Shown here: piece after piece, positions 1 through 12,562 of the stretch | How positions within the stretch are numbered: the stretch's first letter is position 1 | How the letters are laid out: each line of letters begins with the position of its first letter | Assembly (NCBI RefSeq): GCF_963921235.1 | Contig: NC_086097.1 | Location: forward strand, 67,954,001 to 68,018,000 | Origin: Mobula hypostoma | Taxonomy: Eukaryota | Direction: 5' to 3' | DNA: 64,000 nucleotides | Program-made: the position numbers and the translations under genes | Notes under the pieces: generated by a model | Told to the model about the DNA's origin: nothing | The model's input: only the letters and a program-made list of their open reading frames with translations | Database searches by the model: none

Positions 1-190
1 TGTTCTGCCACACACCGCAGTGACCTACCATTCACTGTGAAAGACCTACTCTGATTGGTCTTAATGAAAGGCAACACCTTGCGCTTGTCTGTCTTAATTT
101 TCCTCTGCCATTTATCAGCCTATTTCTCCAGCTGATACAGATCCATTTGCAAGCCATGACAGCCTTCCTTGCTGTCCACTGCACCCCCAA
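1..190 (-). mobile_element. CR1 LINE RT fragment, decayed
   Basis: The minus strand resembles the CR1 RT segment 'GGAVDSKEGCHGLQMDLYQLEK..AD.WQ..C.VL.F'. It runs off the window edge. Confidence 0.6.
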
Positions 191-429
191 TGTGTATGTA
201 TTAACACACCAACAATCAAATGAGAACCAGGACTCACCCCCTCAAGCCAGCTCCACCATTTAACAAGACCATGCTGAACTGACTGTAACCTTAACCACAC
301 ATTTCCACCAAATATCTTTCAGCATTTGTTGTCAAGAAATTAAATACCTCTACCGAGTCAAAGGCTTTGTTTCTTCAATCCTCTAAAAGCAAAATAAAAA
401 CCTCAGCTATTTTAAATGTATGACATAAA

Positions 430-1810
430 TCAGGAAATTATAGGTCAGTGAGTCTGACATCAGTTGTGGGAAAGATATTGGAAGGTATTCTAAGGGACCA
501 GAGATACAAGTATTTGGATAGACATGGACTGATAAAGGATAGTCAACATGGTTTTGTGCATGGTAGGTCATGTCTAACCAATCTTATAGAGTTTTTTGAG
601 GAAGCTACCAGGAAAGTTGATGAAGGAAAGGTAGTGGATGTTGTCTACATGGACTTCAGCAAGGTTTGATAAGGTCCAGCATTGGAGGTTGGTCAAGAAG
701 GTTCAGTTGACTTTGGTTTTGTGGGAGAATTCAGAGAGCGGTTGTAGATGGTTGCCTCTCTGACTGGAGATCTGTGACTGGTGGAGTGCCACAGGGATTG
801 ATGCCAGGCTTGTTGTTGTTTGTCATCTATATCAATGATCTGGATGATAATGTGGTTAACTAGATTAGCAAATTTCACCAAGAAATGACACCAAGACTGG
901 AAGTGTAGTGGACAGCAAAGAAGGCTATCGTGGCTTGCAAAGGAATCTGTACCAGCTGGAAAAATGGGCTGATAAATGGCAGATGGAATTTAATGCAGAC
1001 AACTGTGAGGTGTTGCATTTCGGTAGGACCAATAGCACCAATCAGTGTAGGTCTCGCACAGTGACTGGTAGGGCACTGAGGAGCGTGGTAGAATGAAGGG
1101 ATCTAGGAATAGAAGTCCATAATTCACTGAAAGTGGCATCACTGGTAGATAGGATTGTAAAGAAAGCTTTTGGCACATTGGCCTTCATAAATTAATGTAC
1201 TGGGTATAGGAGATCAGATGTTATGTTGAAGTAGTATAAGACATCAGCAAGGCCTAATTTGGAGTATTGTGTGCAGCTTTGGTCACCTACCTACAGGAAA
1301 GATGTAAATAAAATTGAAAGAGTACAGAGAAAACTTACAAAAATGCTGCTGGGTCTGGAGGACCCGAGGTATAAGGAAAGGTTGAATAAGTTAGGACTTT
1401 ATTTCTTAGAATGCAGAAGATTGAGAGGAGATTTGATAGAAGTACACAAAATTATGAAGAGTATAGATAAGGTAAATGCAAGCAGGCTTTTTCCATTGAA
1501 GTTGGGTGGGACTACAACAGGAGGTTATCAGTTAAGGGTAAAGGGTGAAAAGTTTAAGGGTGACCTGAGGGGAAACTTCTTCACTTAGAGGGTTGTGAGG
1601 GTGTGGAATGAGCTGCCAGCACATGTGGTGCATGCGAGCTCAATTTCAATGTTTAAGTGAAGTTTGGATAGGTTTCTGGAAGGCTATGGTCCTGGTGCAG
1701 ATCAATGGGAATAGATAGTTTAAATACTTTGAGCATGGACTAGATGGCCAAAAAAGGCTCTTTTCTGTACTGTATTTCTCTCTGTGACTCTCTCTCTCTA
1801 TATCTATGAC
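430..1810 (+). mobile_element. CR1 LINE, 5'-truncated, frameshifted ORF2 (RT to C-terminus) and 3' UTR
   Basis: ORFs 448-669 (SLTSVVGK...SQHGF..GRSCLTNL..VYMDFSK), 908-1096 (WQMEFN..CEVLHFG) and 1259-1588 (LEYCVQ.WSP...RRLRGDLIEV) are CR1 ORF2 motifs. A ctctatga-like tail lies near 1780-1810. Confidence 0.9.
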
Positions 1811-2009
1811 AACTTATCTTTCAACAAGGATCTCTAGTTCTAGTTTCACCTGCAGGAGAAAATATCTACCCGTCATTGACCTTCTGAAGGCCCCTATAGA
1901 ACAATCTCGTGAAATTTGAGCAAGTCACTCTCATCTCTTCTAATGTACAGCAGATACAAATCTAATATTTCAACTGCCTTTAGATGAATACATGCACATA
2001 AAATAAAGG

Positions 2010-2725
2010 AAAACAGGAACAGCAGTAACTTATTCTGCTGCTTCACCATTCAATGAAATCATCGTTTATCCAACTTTCATCAAATACACTTTATTGACTA
2101 TCACCATAACTTGTGACTCCACCACAAATTAAAAATCGATTTCAGGATTGGACATTCAGACTCTGAAGCTTTCATGGGCAAGGTATTGTAAAGACCTATA
2201 ATCCTTTAAAAGAAAAAAACCTTTTTTTGATCTCAGTCTCATATCTGCACCCTCTTATCTGAGATAGTATCCTCTGGTCCTCAGCTCTCCCATAGGGGGA
2301 AACATCTACCCAGCCTTTACCCTGTCAAGCTCCTTAAGAATTCACTGGACTGGTAAAATGCATTCAGGCTTGTTTGGTAAATCTCTGAACTGATTCAACC
2401 TTATTTACTTCTTTCCTTAAATAAGGAGACAAATACTGACATGCAGTATCTAGATGTGGTCCAATGCCTATATAACTGAAGTACGTTCTCGCTTCTTTGT
2501 ATCTATTAAATTAGAACAACCTGATGTTTTTCCTGATTATTTCATGTGCTGGCTCATTAGCCTTTTGAGAATCATGCACTGACACCAAAGTCCTTCTTCA
2601 GCTTCTTACCATTTAGATATTTTTCAAATTTTCTGCCAAAGCAGACAACTTCACATTTTGCACATTATACTCCATTTTCCAGAACTATTCACTTTAATCT
2701 ACCTATACCCTTTTGTTGCATCTGT
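2010..2725 (-). mobile_element. CR1 LINE 3' portion, heavily decayed
   Basis: By eye it matches the better-preserved minus-strand CR1 copies at 21310, 29770 and 37262 (e.g. cctctggtcct..ctctccc, taagg.gac.aa.actg, acaacttcacatttt). Confidence 0.6.
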
Positions 2726-3569
2726 GAAGTACTTGGTCAAATTTCCAGTGTGCCATACAATGGTCTGGAAATGGTTGTTATCAATATTATTATGAGAAAA
2801 GTCATTTTACATTTGTGCAGCATGGAACACACTGAAAATTTACAAATAGATATGACAATAAAATAAACATTAATATAAAACTTGATTTTAGGCCATATTT
2901 TGTCCACAACTGCTTATTCTCTTCTTAATCTGTCTCTGGAATGTTAGTGTCCTTGATTTACTGTACTCTGAACACTCTGAAGTTATGATCGCATATTTGC
3001 ATTGATGTGTAACTGAAACCATTCACCATAAATAACTGGTACAAATGCAGCCTCAAATTAATTTTTTGGTCTACTGCTCAATTTTCTAGCTGTCTTTTAA
3101 TGCTTTGGTTTTCAACTCTGGCGATGTCTCTCCCTATACTTTCACTACACTCTCACTACTGAATGTTTTGATGTTCTCTGCTCTTCATCTTAGCTGTTTA
3201 CTTTTAGTTATTTTAAATTCATTGAGCCTGTTCTTTATATTTTCCACTTCTGGCTATTAACAGATTTTCAGATGATCCTTCTGCTAATTTTTATCCCTTC
3301 AGATTTAAAGGACACATAATGGACAATCAATTACTGATGCTTTTCTTCTTGATTTTAAAGGATAAAATTTACACCTACAGTACAGGCCCCCAAAATGCCA
3401 TGAAGAGGTTTATACAAAGTCCCAAAATACTAATTGCTTAAACAAAGACCTTTTGCTTTTAAAAAGAATAACTTCCCAAAGATTTAGAGAAGGCACATCA
3501 GTCCAACTTTGTCAAGGTTGTACAGAAGTGAAATGCCAGAAAAAAGTGAGATTAAGTAAAATATACACC

Positions 3570-3700
3570 TTCTAACTTTCATCTTCTTTTTTTCCTCCAG
3601 TTCTGATGAAGGGTCTCAGCCTGAAACATCAACTGTACTTTTTACTATAGATGCTGCCTGGCCTGCTGAGTTCCTCCGGCATTTAGTGTGTGTTGCTTGC
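3570..3700 (+). mobile_element. Penelope-like element terminal (pLTR) fragment
   Basis: 'ctgatgaagggtctcagcctgaaacatcaactgtac...tatagatgctgcctggcctgctgagttc' matches the reverse complement of the terminus of the GIY-YIG element at 43179-43290. Confidence 0.8.
3598..3635 (+). ncRNA. Minimal type I hammerhead ribozyme motif
   Basis: Reads CAGTT-CTGATGA-AGG-gtctcag-CCT-GAAA-C-ATC-AACTG: stem I CAGTT/AACTG, core CUGAUGA and GAAA, stem II AGG/CCT, cleavage triplet AUC. Confidence 0.7.
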
Positions 3701-4034
3701 AGTGCCTGAGGCTCAGAATCTATGGTTTCTCAGATAATATTTTGGAGTATGTGCTATTAGCACTGGTTAAAATGAAAAAATAAGTAGAAGTTCCAGAATT
3801 TATTTCCAAGGTGGAATCCACATTGTCAAATTCAAAATGCAAGAAGCTTAATAGATAAATCTATTTTTTTTTTAAAAAAGTCCTCAAAAAAGACATTACT
3901 TTTTGGGTGGATGTTTGGAATCCCAGGGGAGGGCAGCCTAGATCAGCCAAGCAGTGCTTCCTATCAGAATTCTGAAAATGGGAACAGGTACTTCATCAAT
4001 ATGTGCGCCTCCCCAGTCTTATTTATTTTACTTT

Positions 4035-4300
4035 AACTTTATTTAGCAATACAGTGTGGAGCAGGCCCTTTGAGCCACGTCGTCCCACCAACCCCGATTA
4101 ACCCCAACCTCATCATGAGACAATCCACAGTGACCAATTAATCAACCTGGTGCACCTTGGTACTGTGGAAGGAAACCACAGCATCTGGGGAAAACCCATA
4201 CATTCCACGGGGAGGGTGTACAGAGTCTCCTTACATCTGAACTTCAGAACAACCTGAGCTGTAACAGCATTGCACTAAACGCTATTCTACCGTGGCACGC
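4035..4300 (-). mobile_element. tRNA-derived SINE (V-SINE/HE1-like)
   Basis: Contains the V-SINE-type central block 'tgtgg.aggaaacc..agca.c.gg.gaaaaccca....c.acggggag..tgtaca.a.tcc'. It is similar to 40030-40795. Confidence 0.6.
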
Positions 4301-5457
4301 ATGCATCAATTTTAGGGAAGGCTCCCTGGTATGCCAAATAAGGTACATTTGCTAGTCTATGATGCATGCAGGCCTAAATGGGCCACACTAAATTGTGCAG
4401 CTGTGAAGATTGAAACCAGGGTCGAAGGGATGCAAACATGCACACATACCTTAGATGGAAATTTCCCAAAGTCGATCATGAAGCATCCATTATACTTAAT
4501 TAATGCAGAAAGATATTTGCATTTGTACATAAAGGGCCTAATGCCTGCTACTGGCTCTCGATTCAGTTTACTTGCATCCTGATTCAGCTAGCATGAATGC
4601 TGGTGGCCTTCAGTAAAAGCAATTCTAAGCATTACACTGGATAATAAAAAGGTATTAAAATTGCATTTTTACCAATATTCTTGATCTGAGGTCTCCGACG
4701 TCAATCCTAGCCAAAATCTTTAGGAACACATTTCCTCCATCATTTATCTGCTTATACAGAGCCTCCATCATCACTCTGAATTATTCTGAGCCCCAAAATC
4801 TTTCTAGCTGATTGCCCATTGACTTTACATCATAGATTTGAAGTTCACCATTCCTTCTTCAGCTCCTCCCAAATATATAATTAGAGCATTAAGGTTAGTG
4901 AGGCCCAATTATGGTCACAATTAAAAATTCTTGTAGCTGTCACCTGACCAATAGTTTACTTATACCAAATTATTTGATGATATAGAAGGACTGGACTTCA
5001 GGATATTTATGTGCATGCCAAAGAAAATCCTCCCCATATGGACCCTTAAGAAACATATAACGGCATAAGAAGAACCCGTAGGAACTGAATTACAAATGCC
5101 TGAAAATAGATGCAATATTACATTATATACAGTATTTTTCTAATTTGATCATAATTCTTTCTAGTCCCTTTGCACTTCAGTGAGAAAAGATTGCTAATTA
5201 ATTATACTGATTTATACAAAAAGGTAATTAGTAAGAAAGCAGATTAAATCTGCATTGACAGAAATAGTCATTTCCACACTTTGTACTGTCAGGTTGGGAA
5301 ATCTGCAAGTACAAATTTGGAAAATTATTTCTGTTCTCTTGTCAATTTTGTGTGGATATATAACCACTTACATTTTGTAGAGCTTTTGTTGCAGGGGATC
5401 TTGGGTCAAATCTTTCCAGTTTGAAAACTAACAATAGCCTTCTTGCTCAAATTTTAC

Positions 5458-5507
5458 CTTCAGCCAAGGTTGAACTATCTCTGAACTGCCACCAGCGGAT
5501 TCAGCAT
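5458..5507 (-). other. Candidate 50-nt coding exon, (x)AESAGGSSEIVQPWLK; host gene unknown
   Basis: Minus strand reads tttttctttg...ttattaactag|ATGCTG...CTGAAG|gtaaaa. Only one frame is open (phase 1 to 0), and the context is non-repetitive. Confidence 0.3.
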
Positions 5508-6097
5508 CTAGTTAATAAATTATGATACACAAAGAAAAATGACTTATTTTTCCCAAAAATCTGCATATCTCATCCCTGTTCAAAATCTGGGCTATTGTGT
5601 GATGCAGGAAATTATGTATAAAATTCAACCCTAAATCTAAAAGATTTCACTTCTGTTCTCACTGCCAGGTAGTTTCACTGTTTTCACTGGACACTTCCCC
5701 TGTTCACCCAGCCATAAATCTTTTTTTTTCTGACCAGATGTTTTATTTCCTTACTTCTCTAACAAAAATGAATTAAATGTATTTCAGATTACATGGAAGC
5801 TAGCTGGCACTGTTAGCTAAGTCATACTTAATGAGTTCTCCAAAGCTCTAGGGAGCAGCTAGATTCCATCACAAAACTTAAAGTGATTTTTCAATAAATG
5901 ATGGAAATGTAGATAATCTGACTTCTGAAATGTCTGAAGTCTCATTTCTTGGGGTGTTTGAATTCTTAACATAAACCTACTCAATATTTTTCTTCTCTCA
6001 GAATCATAAAATTACCCAGCCCATCTGAGCCAATTGAATACACTTTTACTTTAATCTCATTTGTCTGCGTTAGACCTGTATCTCTCTACACTACACT

Positions 6098-6161
6098 GTT
6101 TTTATGCCATGGACCAACACCATTAAGCAAGGTGTCCACGGACCCCAGGTTGGGAAACCCT
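6098..6161. mobile_element. Partial hAT-type MITE (same family as 31893-31970)
   Basis: 'tttttatgccatggacc...ggaccccaggttgggaaccct' matches the internal part and right TIR of 31893-31970. Confidence 0.6.
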
Positions 6162-6520
6162 ACCCTATACCTTTCTTATTCAAATACCTGTCCAAAGTCC
6201 TGTTAGACTTTGTAATAGTACTTACCTCCACCACCACCTCTGGCAGCTCATTTCAAATATTCATCACCCTGTGTGGAAACCAACCCCCCTCCCCCCCCCC
6301 CACCCCCAGGTCTCCTTTAAATATTTCTGCTCAGAATGTCCCTTAGAACGACTTAGGTCACTTCTCAGGCTCCTTCACTCCATGGAAAGCAATTAGCTTA
6401 TCCAGTCTTCCTTTAGGTTGAAGCCCTCCAGTCCTAGCAACATCCACTTGGAATTTCTCTGCATCCTCTCGAGGTTCCAATGATGTAATGACCAGAAGTG
6501 TGGCCCAACCAACAGCTCAT

Positions 6521-6559
6521 AAACATAAGAGGTTCTACAGATGCCAAAAATCTCTAGCA

Positions 6560-6591
<32 letters not shown>

Positions 6592-6727
6592 CTGGAGGAA
6601 TTCAGCAAGCAGACAGCATCCATGGAGAAGAATAAACCGTTGACATATCAGTTTGAGGCTCTTCATCAACTATTATTCCCTTCATAGATGATGCCTGACT
6701 TGTTAAATTCCTCCAGGTGTTTTGTCT
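6521..6727. mobile_element. Penelope-like short fold-back derivative with (CA)n
   Basis: The left part 'aaaatgctggaggaattcagcaagcagacagcatc' is inverted relative to the right part 'gatgatgcctgacttgttaaattcctccag'. A degenerate ribozyme remnant lies between them. Possible degenerate TSD: accaacagctcataa / accaacatctataa. Confidence 0.65.
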
Positions 6728-7211
6728 ACCAACATCTATAAGATAACATCTCAACTCTTATACTCATTGTCTGATTGATGAAAGCAAGTTCTGTCCTGCT
6801 TTTAACTCCACAAAATGCAACACCTTGCATTTGTCTGAGTTAAATTATGTCATTCCTTGGCCCACTTTCCTTTTTGCAAACTAATTTTTTGTACCTGTGT
6901 CAGGACTGGCACTTGGGAACTTAGACTTCATTGTGCTGATAAGTGCACAATTCTCTGTTTGATCAACTAGATAGGTATTGTAATTGTTTTTCTTGTTCAC
7001 TCAAGTATCAGATGCCCATTTCCTTCCTGTGGCATTATCAGCTCAAATTTCATCAACCAGTAGATTACAAATCTACTCTGGAGAACAATCACAAAAAGGC
7101 CAACTCAATAAGAGTAACTGCTATTTATTGCATTGCTCTGCGGCAAACTTATGGTCTTACATTATTGAATATTCATTAGTACAGTATTAAGAATTAATAC
7201 ATTACACTATA

Positions 7212-8660
7212 AAAGTTCAAGATCAAGTTTATTGTCATTCAACCATACACATGTATACCATCAAACAAAGCAACGCTCCTCCACATCAAGGTGTACCACA
7301 CAGTACATATAACTCACACACAACACAAAGTAATATTATTACAAATAACTTAACAAATAAGACATTTATGACACAAGTTAAAAAGTAAACAGTATAACGC
7401 TACTGGCACTTCATACGTGATGAAGGGTAAGGAGTTCAGTCATCTCACAGTCTGGGGGAAGGAGCTACTTCACAGTTCCTGTCCTAATGCTACAGTACTC
7501 CTTCCTGATAGGAGGGATCATTGACAATGCTAAGTGCTCTGAATACACTGTGATCCTGATAAATATCTTGGATGGTTGGAAGAGAGACCCAGATGATCCT
7601 CACATCCTTTGTAGGGTCTTGTGGTTAGATGCCTTGCAATTCTCAGACCAGATGATGGTGGAGTTGGTCAGGACACTCTCAATGATGCACCTGTGAAAAT
7701 TGGTAAGAATGGGGGTGGGGAGAGCCTCAATCTCCTCAGGAAGTGGAGTCACTGCTGTGCTTTCTTGAATAAAGAGGTGGCATTGAGGAACCATTTTAGA
7801 TCATCCATTATATGCACTCAAAGAGAAAACTGTTTATGTGCAGTGAGGAATGGTCAGCCTGCAGCTTCCTAAAGTCCAAAATCATCTTTTTAACCTTGTC
7901 CACATTGAGGATCAAGTTGTTCTGCCTGCACCATTCCACAAGTACACTACCTCCTTCCTGTACACCTTCTTATCGTCACTCTTGATGAGGCCAGCCATTG
8001 TTGTATCATTAGCAGACTTGGTGATTCCGTTTGAACTGCATCTGGCTGTACAGTCATGCATCAGCAATGTGAAGAACAGTAGGCTGAGCATGCAGTCCTG
8101 TGGGGGGAGGGTGTTGTTTAGTGTGATGGAGCTAGAAATGTTGCTGCCAATACAGACTGACAGACTGACTGACTGACTGACTGCTGATCTTTCTGTATGA
8201 GGTCCAAAATCCATTAACAGGGAGAGGTGCTGACACCCACCAAGGACAGTTTACCCACCAGCTTCTGAGGGATGCTCGTAGCAAATGCTGTGCAGAAGTT
8301 AATAAACAGCATCCCAATGCATGAGCTGCATCATTTTCCAGGTAGGACAGGACAGGGTGGAGTGCAGAGGCTATGGCATCATCAGTGGATCGATTGAGGA
8401 GTAAGTGAAACAGAAATGGTCCAACGTATCAGGAAGATGGTATTTAATATGATCTATAACCAGCTGTTCAAAGCACTTCACTATTATTGAGGTCAGTGCC
8501 CCTGGACAGTACCTATTAAGGCAGTTACTGTCACCCTCTTTGGCACCGGGATGATAGTAGTTGCCTTGAAGCCTGTGGGGACAGTGTACTGTTCCAAAGA
8601 GATGTTGAAGACATCTTTTAGAGCTTTTGTAAACTGGGCTGTACAGTCTCTCAACACTTC
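7212..8660 (-). mobile_element. Rex1/Babar-type LINE, 5'-truncated, decayed
   Basis: ORFs 7912-8214 (SSSITLN..PQ.C.LS.L.FTL..HDC.A..SSN.I.K.A.DTT..GLI) and 7600-7794 (NF.RC.IESVLT..I..W..NC) are present. A (ttgaac)-like tail lies at the left end. Confidence 0.8.
8153..8183. repeat. (GACT)n microsatellite
   Basis: Seen directly: cagactgacagactgactgactgactgactg. Confidence 0.9.
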
Positions 8661-9182
8661 AAGATCAGGTTTTCGAAGTTAATGGATTATTCTGCTTGGG
8701 TTTTCCAAATACCTTTCAGAATTGGAGGCATGTCTGACCTAAGACAGTAAAAATAAAACCAAGCTCATGCCAACATAATGGAAAACAACTCATATCACCT
8801 CTGGAGCACTGAAAGCAATCTCCAGGACCTCACCCATGGCCAGAGAGGACATAATAATCTTGGTCAAGGCCCCAGCAATCTCATCTCTTGCCTATCTCAA
8901 TAACGTGGGGACTTCTCAAGATTCCATGAAGTCCTGGGGATTAATCCACTTTAAGGTAGTTTTGCATGAAGTTCCAAGATTTTTGTTCCAGTGTCTGCGA
9001 TGAAAAGGTAACTTAATTCTAAAGTGGATGGTATGTGAAGCCATTGTTGTTCCAATGTGTATCCTGCCTCATTCTGGTTGATGTTAAATATTCTAGGTTT
9101 GGGAAATGTTTTCAGAATAGTGTAACCACTAATTGCAGCAAGTTTTATGGATGGTACAGATTGCAATCTGCAGTACATCAGT

Positions 9183-11110
9183 GGTTCAAAGTTCAAAATA
9201 AATTTATTATCAAAGTATGCATATGTCATATACTACCCTGAGATTCATTTTCTTGCAGGCATTCACAGTTGAACAAAGAAATACAATAAAAGTAATGAAA
9301 ATGACATATAAAGGCTGACAAACAATGTGCAAAAGATAACCTGCGCAAATACAAAGTAAAAATAATAATCAACAGTTACAGAGCAGTATCTATGTAAATC
9401 TTCAGAAAGCAACAATATTGAACACCAATAGAATAGTCCAAGAGTTCCTAGAAATCGATAAATGAGCATGCTTGCCTATGCTTAGGTTTTACCAGCTTGA
9501 ACTGAGAAAAATAAAATAATAATAAATAAGTAAATCAATAATATTGAGACCGTGAGTTGTAGAGTCCGCGAAAAGTGAGTCCACGGGTTATGGAATCAGT
9601 TCAAAATTGAGGTGAGTGAAGTTATCCACACTGGTTCAGAAGCTTGATGATTGAACGGTGATAACTATTCCTGAACCTGGTGGCGTAGGACCTAAGGTTC
9701 CTGTAGCTCCTTCTAAATGGCAACAGTGAAAAGAGAATATGGCCTGGATGGTGGGGGTCCTTGATAATAGATGCTACTTTCTTGTGGCAGTGCTCCTTGT
9801 AGATCTGCTCAATGATCAGGAGGGATTTTCCAGTGATAGACTGGGCTGTATCCACCAACATTTGTAGTATTTTTCATTCAAGGGCATTAGTGTTTCCATA
9901 TGAGGCTCTGATGTAACTAGTCAAGATACTCTCCACTGAGTATTTATTGGATTTTGCCGAAGTTTTAGATGACATGACAAATCTGTGCAAACTTCTAAGA
10001 AAGTAGAGGTGCTGTCATGTCTTTTTAATAATGGCACTTACGTCGCAACACAGATCCGCTGGTATGATAACACCAAAGAATTTAAAGTTACTACTCTCTC
10101 CACCTCCAATCTCCTAATCAGGACTGGGTTATGGATCTCTGGCTTCTTCCTTCTGTAGTCAATAATCTCCTCTTTGGTTTTACTGACTTTGAGTGAGAGG
10201 CTGTCGTGACATCATTCAACCAGATTCTCAAACTCCCTTCTATATGCCCATTTGTCACCACGTTTGAGCTGGCGAACAACAGTGGTGTTGTCAGCAAACT
10301 TAAGTATGGTATTGGAGTTGTACTTAGCCTCTCAGTCATTAAGTATAAAGCGAGTTGAGCAGGGGTTTCACCTGTTGTGAAGGTGGGCAAATTGACGTGG
10401 ATCCAAGTCACTCCTTGGGGAAGAGTTGACTAACCTCCCAAATCACTTCATCACAGTGGACGTAAGTGCTACTGGATGATAATCATTGAGGCAGGTCATC
10501 ACATCCTTCTTGGGCACCAGTATGATTGAAGGCTGCTTGAAACAGGTGGGTACCTCAGACTGCTGAAGATGAAGGTTAGAGATGTCAGTAAACACTTCAG
10601 CCAGTCGATAGGCACAGGTCTTCAGTACTCGGCCAGGTACACTGACTGGGCCAGGTGCTTTCCACAGGTTCACCCTCCGGAATGACGTTCTCATGTTAGC
10701 CTCAGGTTCTGAAATCATTAGGTTGTCGGGGTTTGTGGGAGTTTATGAAGGTAACTCCATGTTTTATCAGTCAAATCAAGCATAAAAGGCATTGGGCTCA
10801 TTTGGGAGAAAAACCTTCCTGTCAGATATGTTGTTTGGATTTGCTTGGTAAGGGGTGTTAGCATTTAAGCCTTGCCACAGCTATCAAGCATTCTTTTATG
10901 ATTTTTGTCCAGAATTGCTACTTCACATGAGGTCGTTCCTGGAGCTCGTGTACTTCCCTGGGTTGCCAGTCCTGAATGCCACTGATCCAGCCCTCAGCAG
11001 ATTGCAGATATCTTGGCTCATCTCGGGCTTCTGGTTGGGGAAGACACTGAATGATTTTGTAGGCACACACTCATACACGAGTGTCATTAGAAAGTCTGTG
11101 ATTACTGTGG
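9183..11110 (-). mobile_element. Rex1/Babar-type LINE, 5'-truncated
   Basis: ORFs 10443-10718 (KAPGP..VPGRVLKTCA..LAEVFTDI.N....VPTCFK...LNDYHPVALTSTVMK), 10923-11189 (FPNQKP) and 9622-9861 (IIKDPHHPGH.LFSLLP..R.YR) are Rex1-like. Confidence 0.85.
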
Positions 11111-12309
11111 CGGATAATGGTGGAGAAAGTGAATATTTACATTGTACAACTGGGATACCGTTGAAATACGTTGCTTTATCTTGGATCACACTGAGTTTCT
11201 TGAGTGATATTGCAGCTGCATTCAGCAGGAACCATACAGTATTTCAGAAGATGCAGCCTTTGAAACACTCTTTTAGCAGAGAGGTTATGAGTTCTTTTCC
11301 CAAATTCAACTTGACCGCCGCTACAAATATAATTACCTTAAACATCAATGATAATACCAATCAAATCATCCCAGAATGGATAAAGTATTGAGCTAGTCCA
11401 GCATTACACAGTCTTAAAACTACTTAGAGGTGAATTTAAATAGAATTTGGTCTCTTAAATTCTCCAACTAATTCTATCTGATGCAATTGAAACAGCAAGA
11501 TTTTTGAGCACAGGTCAAGTTAGATTATCCATCCTGTTGGTTCACTTAACATATGCTGCAGAACATGTCCCCTGCTCAACGTACAACTACTCTACTTTGC
11601 ACAAATCCATTTTGATGGACCAAATGACTTTTTTTTTTCTTTCTTGATCATTCTCACATTATCAATAACATCAATAGCTGGGTGCATCAGACAGATTGCT
11701 TCTATTTGCTTTGAATTAACTGCACAGTTTATAAAACCGTTCAGAATGGAAGAACAATGTCTCTGCACTGTTTAAATACATGCCAATTTTGAAATATTTA
11801 AAGGTCTGAAACACTGAGTGTCACACTATGAGACTTAAAAACACTCCCGTACTTATTAAAATTATGCTCATTTTGAATTTGGCTTCAAACTATTTACATT
11901 CTTTCATGTATGTGCCAAGACAACAAAACCATTAATATTATTTCAGGCAAATTAAAAGCAATGATTAAATTTCAAAATACATAATGAATAAATCAAGAAA
12001 AATGAAAACCTAAAAACGATCCTCAGATGTTAAACTCATTTTAATTTTGAGGTCCTCAAGCCGATATATGAATATAACCATGAATAATTTAACAAAATAG
12101 TAACTTGTGAAAACAACTTGCTGTCCCCAGTTCCTAGCTCAGTGGTACAGTGATATTTATGCTTCTAAGTTATGACAGGCATTTTACATTCTTACAACTT
12201 CAACAGCATGGTGTTGCAGAATAAATCAATACAGTTCAGAACATGGCATTCTCCACTAGCCTGTTTATCGATGTGTCGGCTTTTCGCACTTTATTCATGC
12301 AGCGGCATG

Positions 12310-12562
12310 GCTCAGCTGTCCTATTTAAGCACGAACAAAGGGTTTTCCCTCTCCTTGATCAAGCATTCTGGATGTAAAGGTGAAATTAATTTATTTTGTT
12401 CTGGGCTAGGCTTTGTGGCTAAAACACCAGTTCAAAAAGAATCCCTCAATGTTTTATTACAACTTTCTTTTGTTCCATGGACTAATCTGCATGGACAGCA
12501 AGCTTCCATCTACTCTAGACATGGTTAATATGGTGACTGTGCTGGCCATCATGCCTAATAAG
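12310..12562 (+). promoter_or_regulatory. Candidate promoter plus first exon (E-box, TATA/CArG-like motif, strong donor)
   Basis: 'cagctgtcctatttaagcacgaacaaag' lies at ~12314-12340 in a CpG-retaining non-repeat island. In-frame ATGs (12449, 12491, 12521, 12551) run to AAG|gtgagt at 12562/12563. Confidence 0.3.

Larger units (their letters stand above)
5998..6870 (-). mobile_element. Decayed CR1 3' region hosting a MITE fragment and a Penelope-like fragment
   Basis: ORF 6393-6623 ends with a CR1-like 'WSLHH..LERMQR...MLLGLEGF'. The stretch 'cctccaccaccacctctggcagctc' is typical of CR1 3' ends. Confidence 0.6.
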
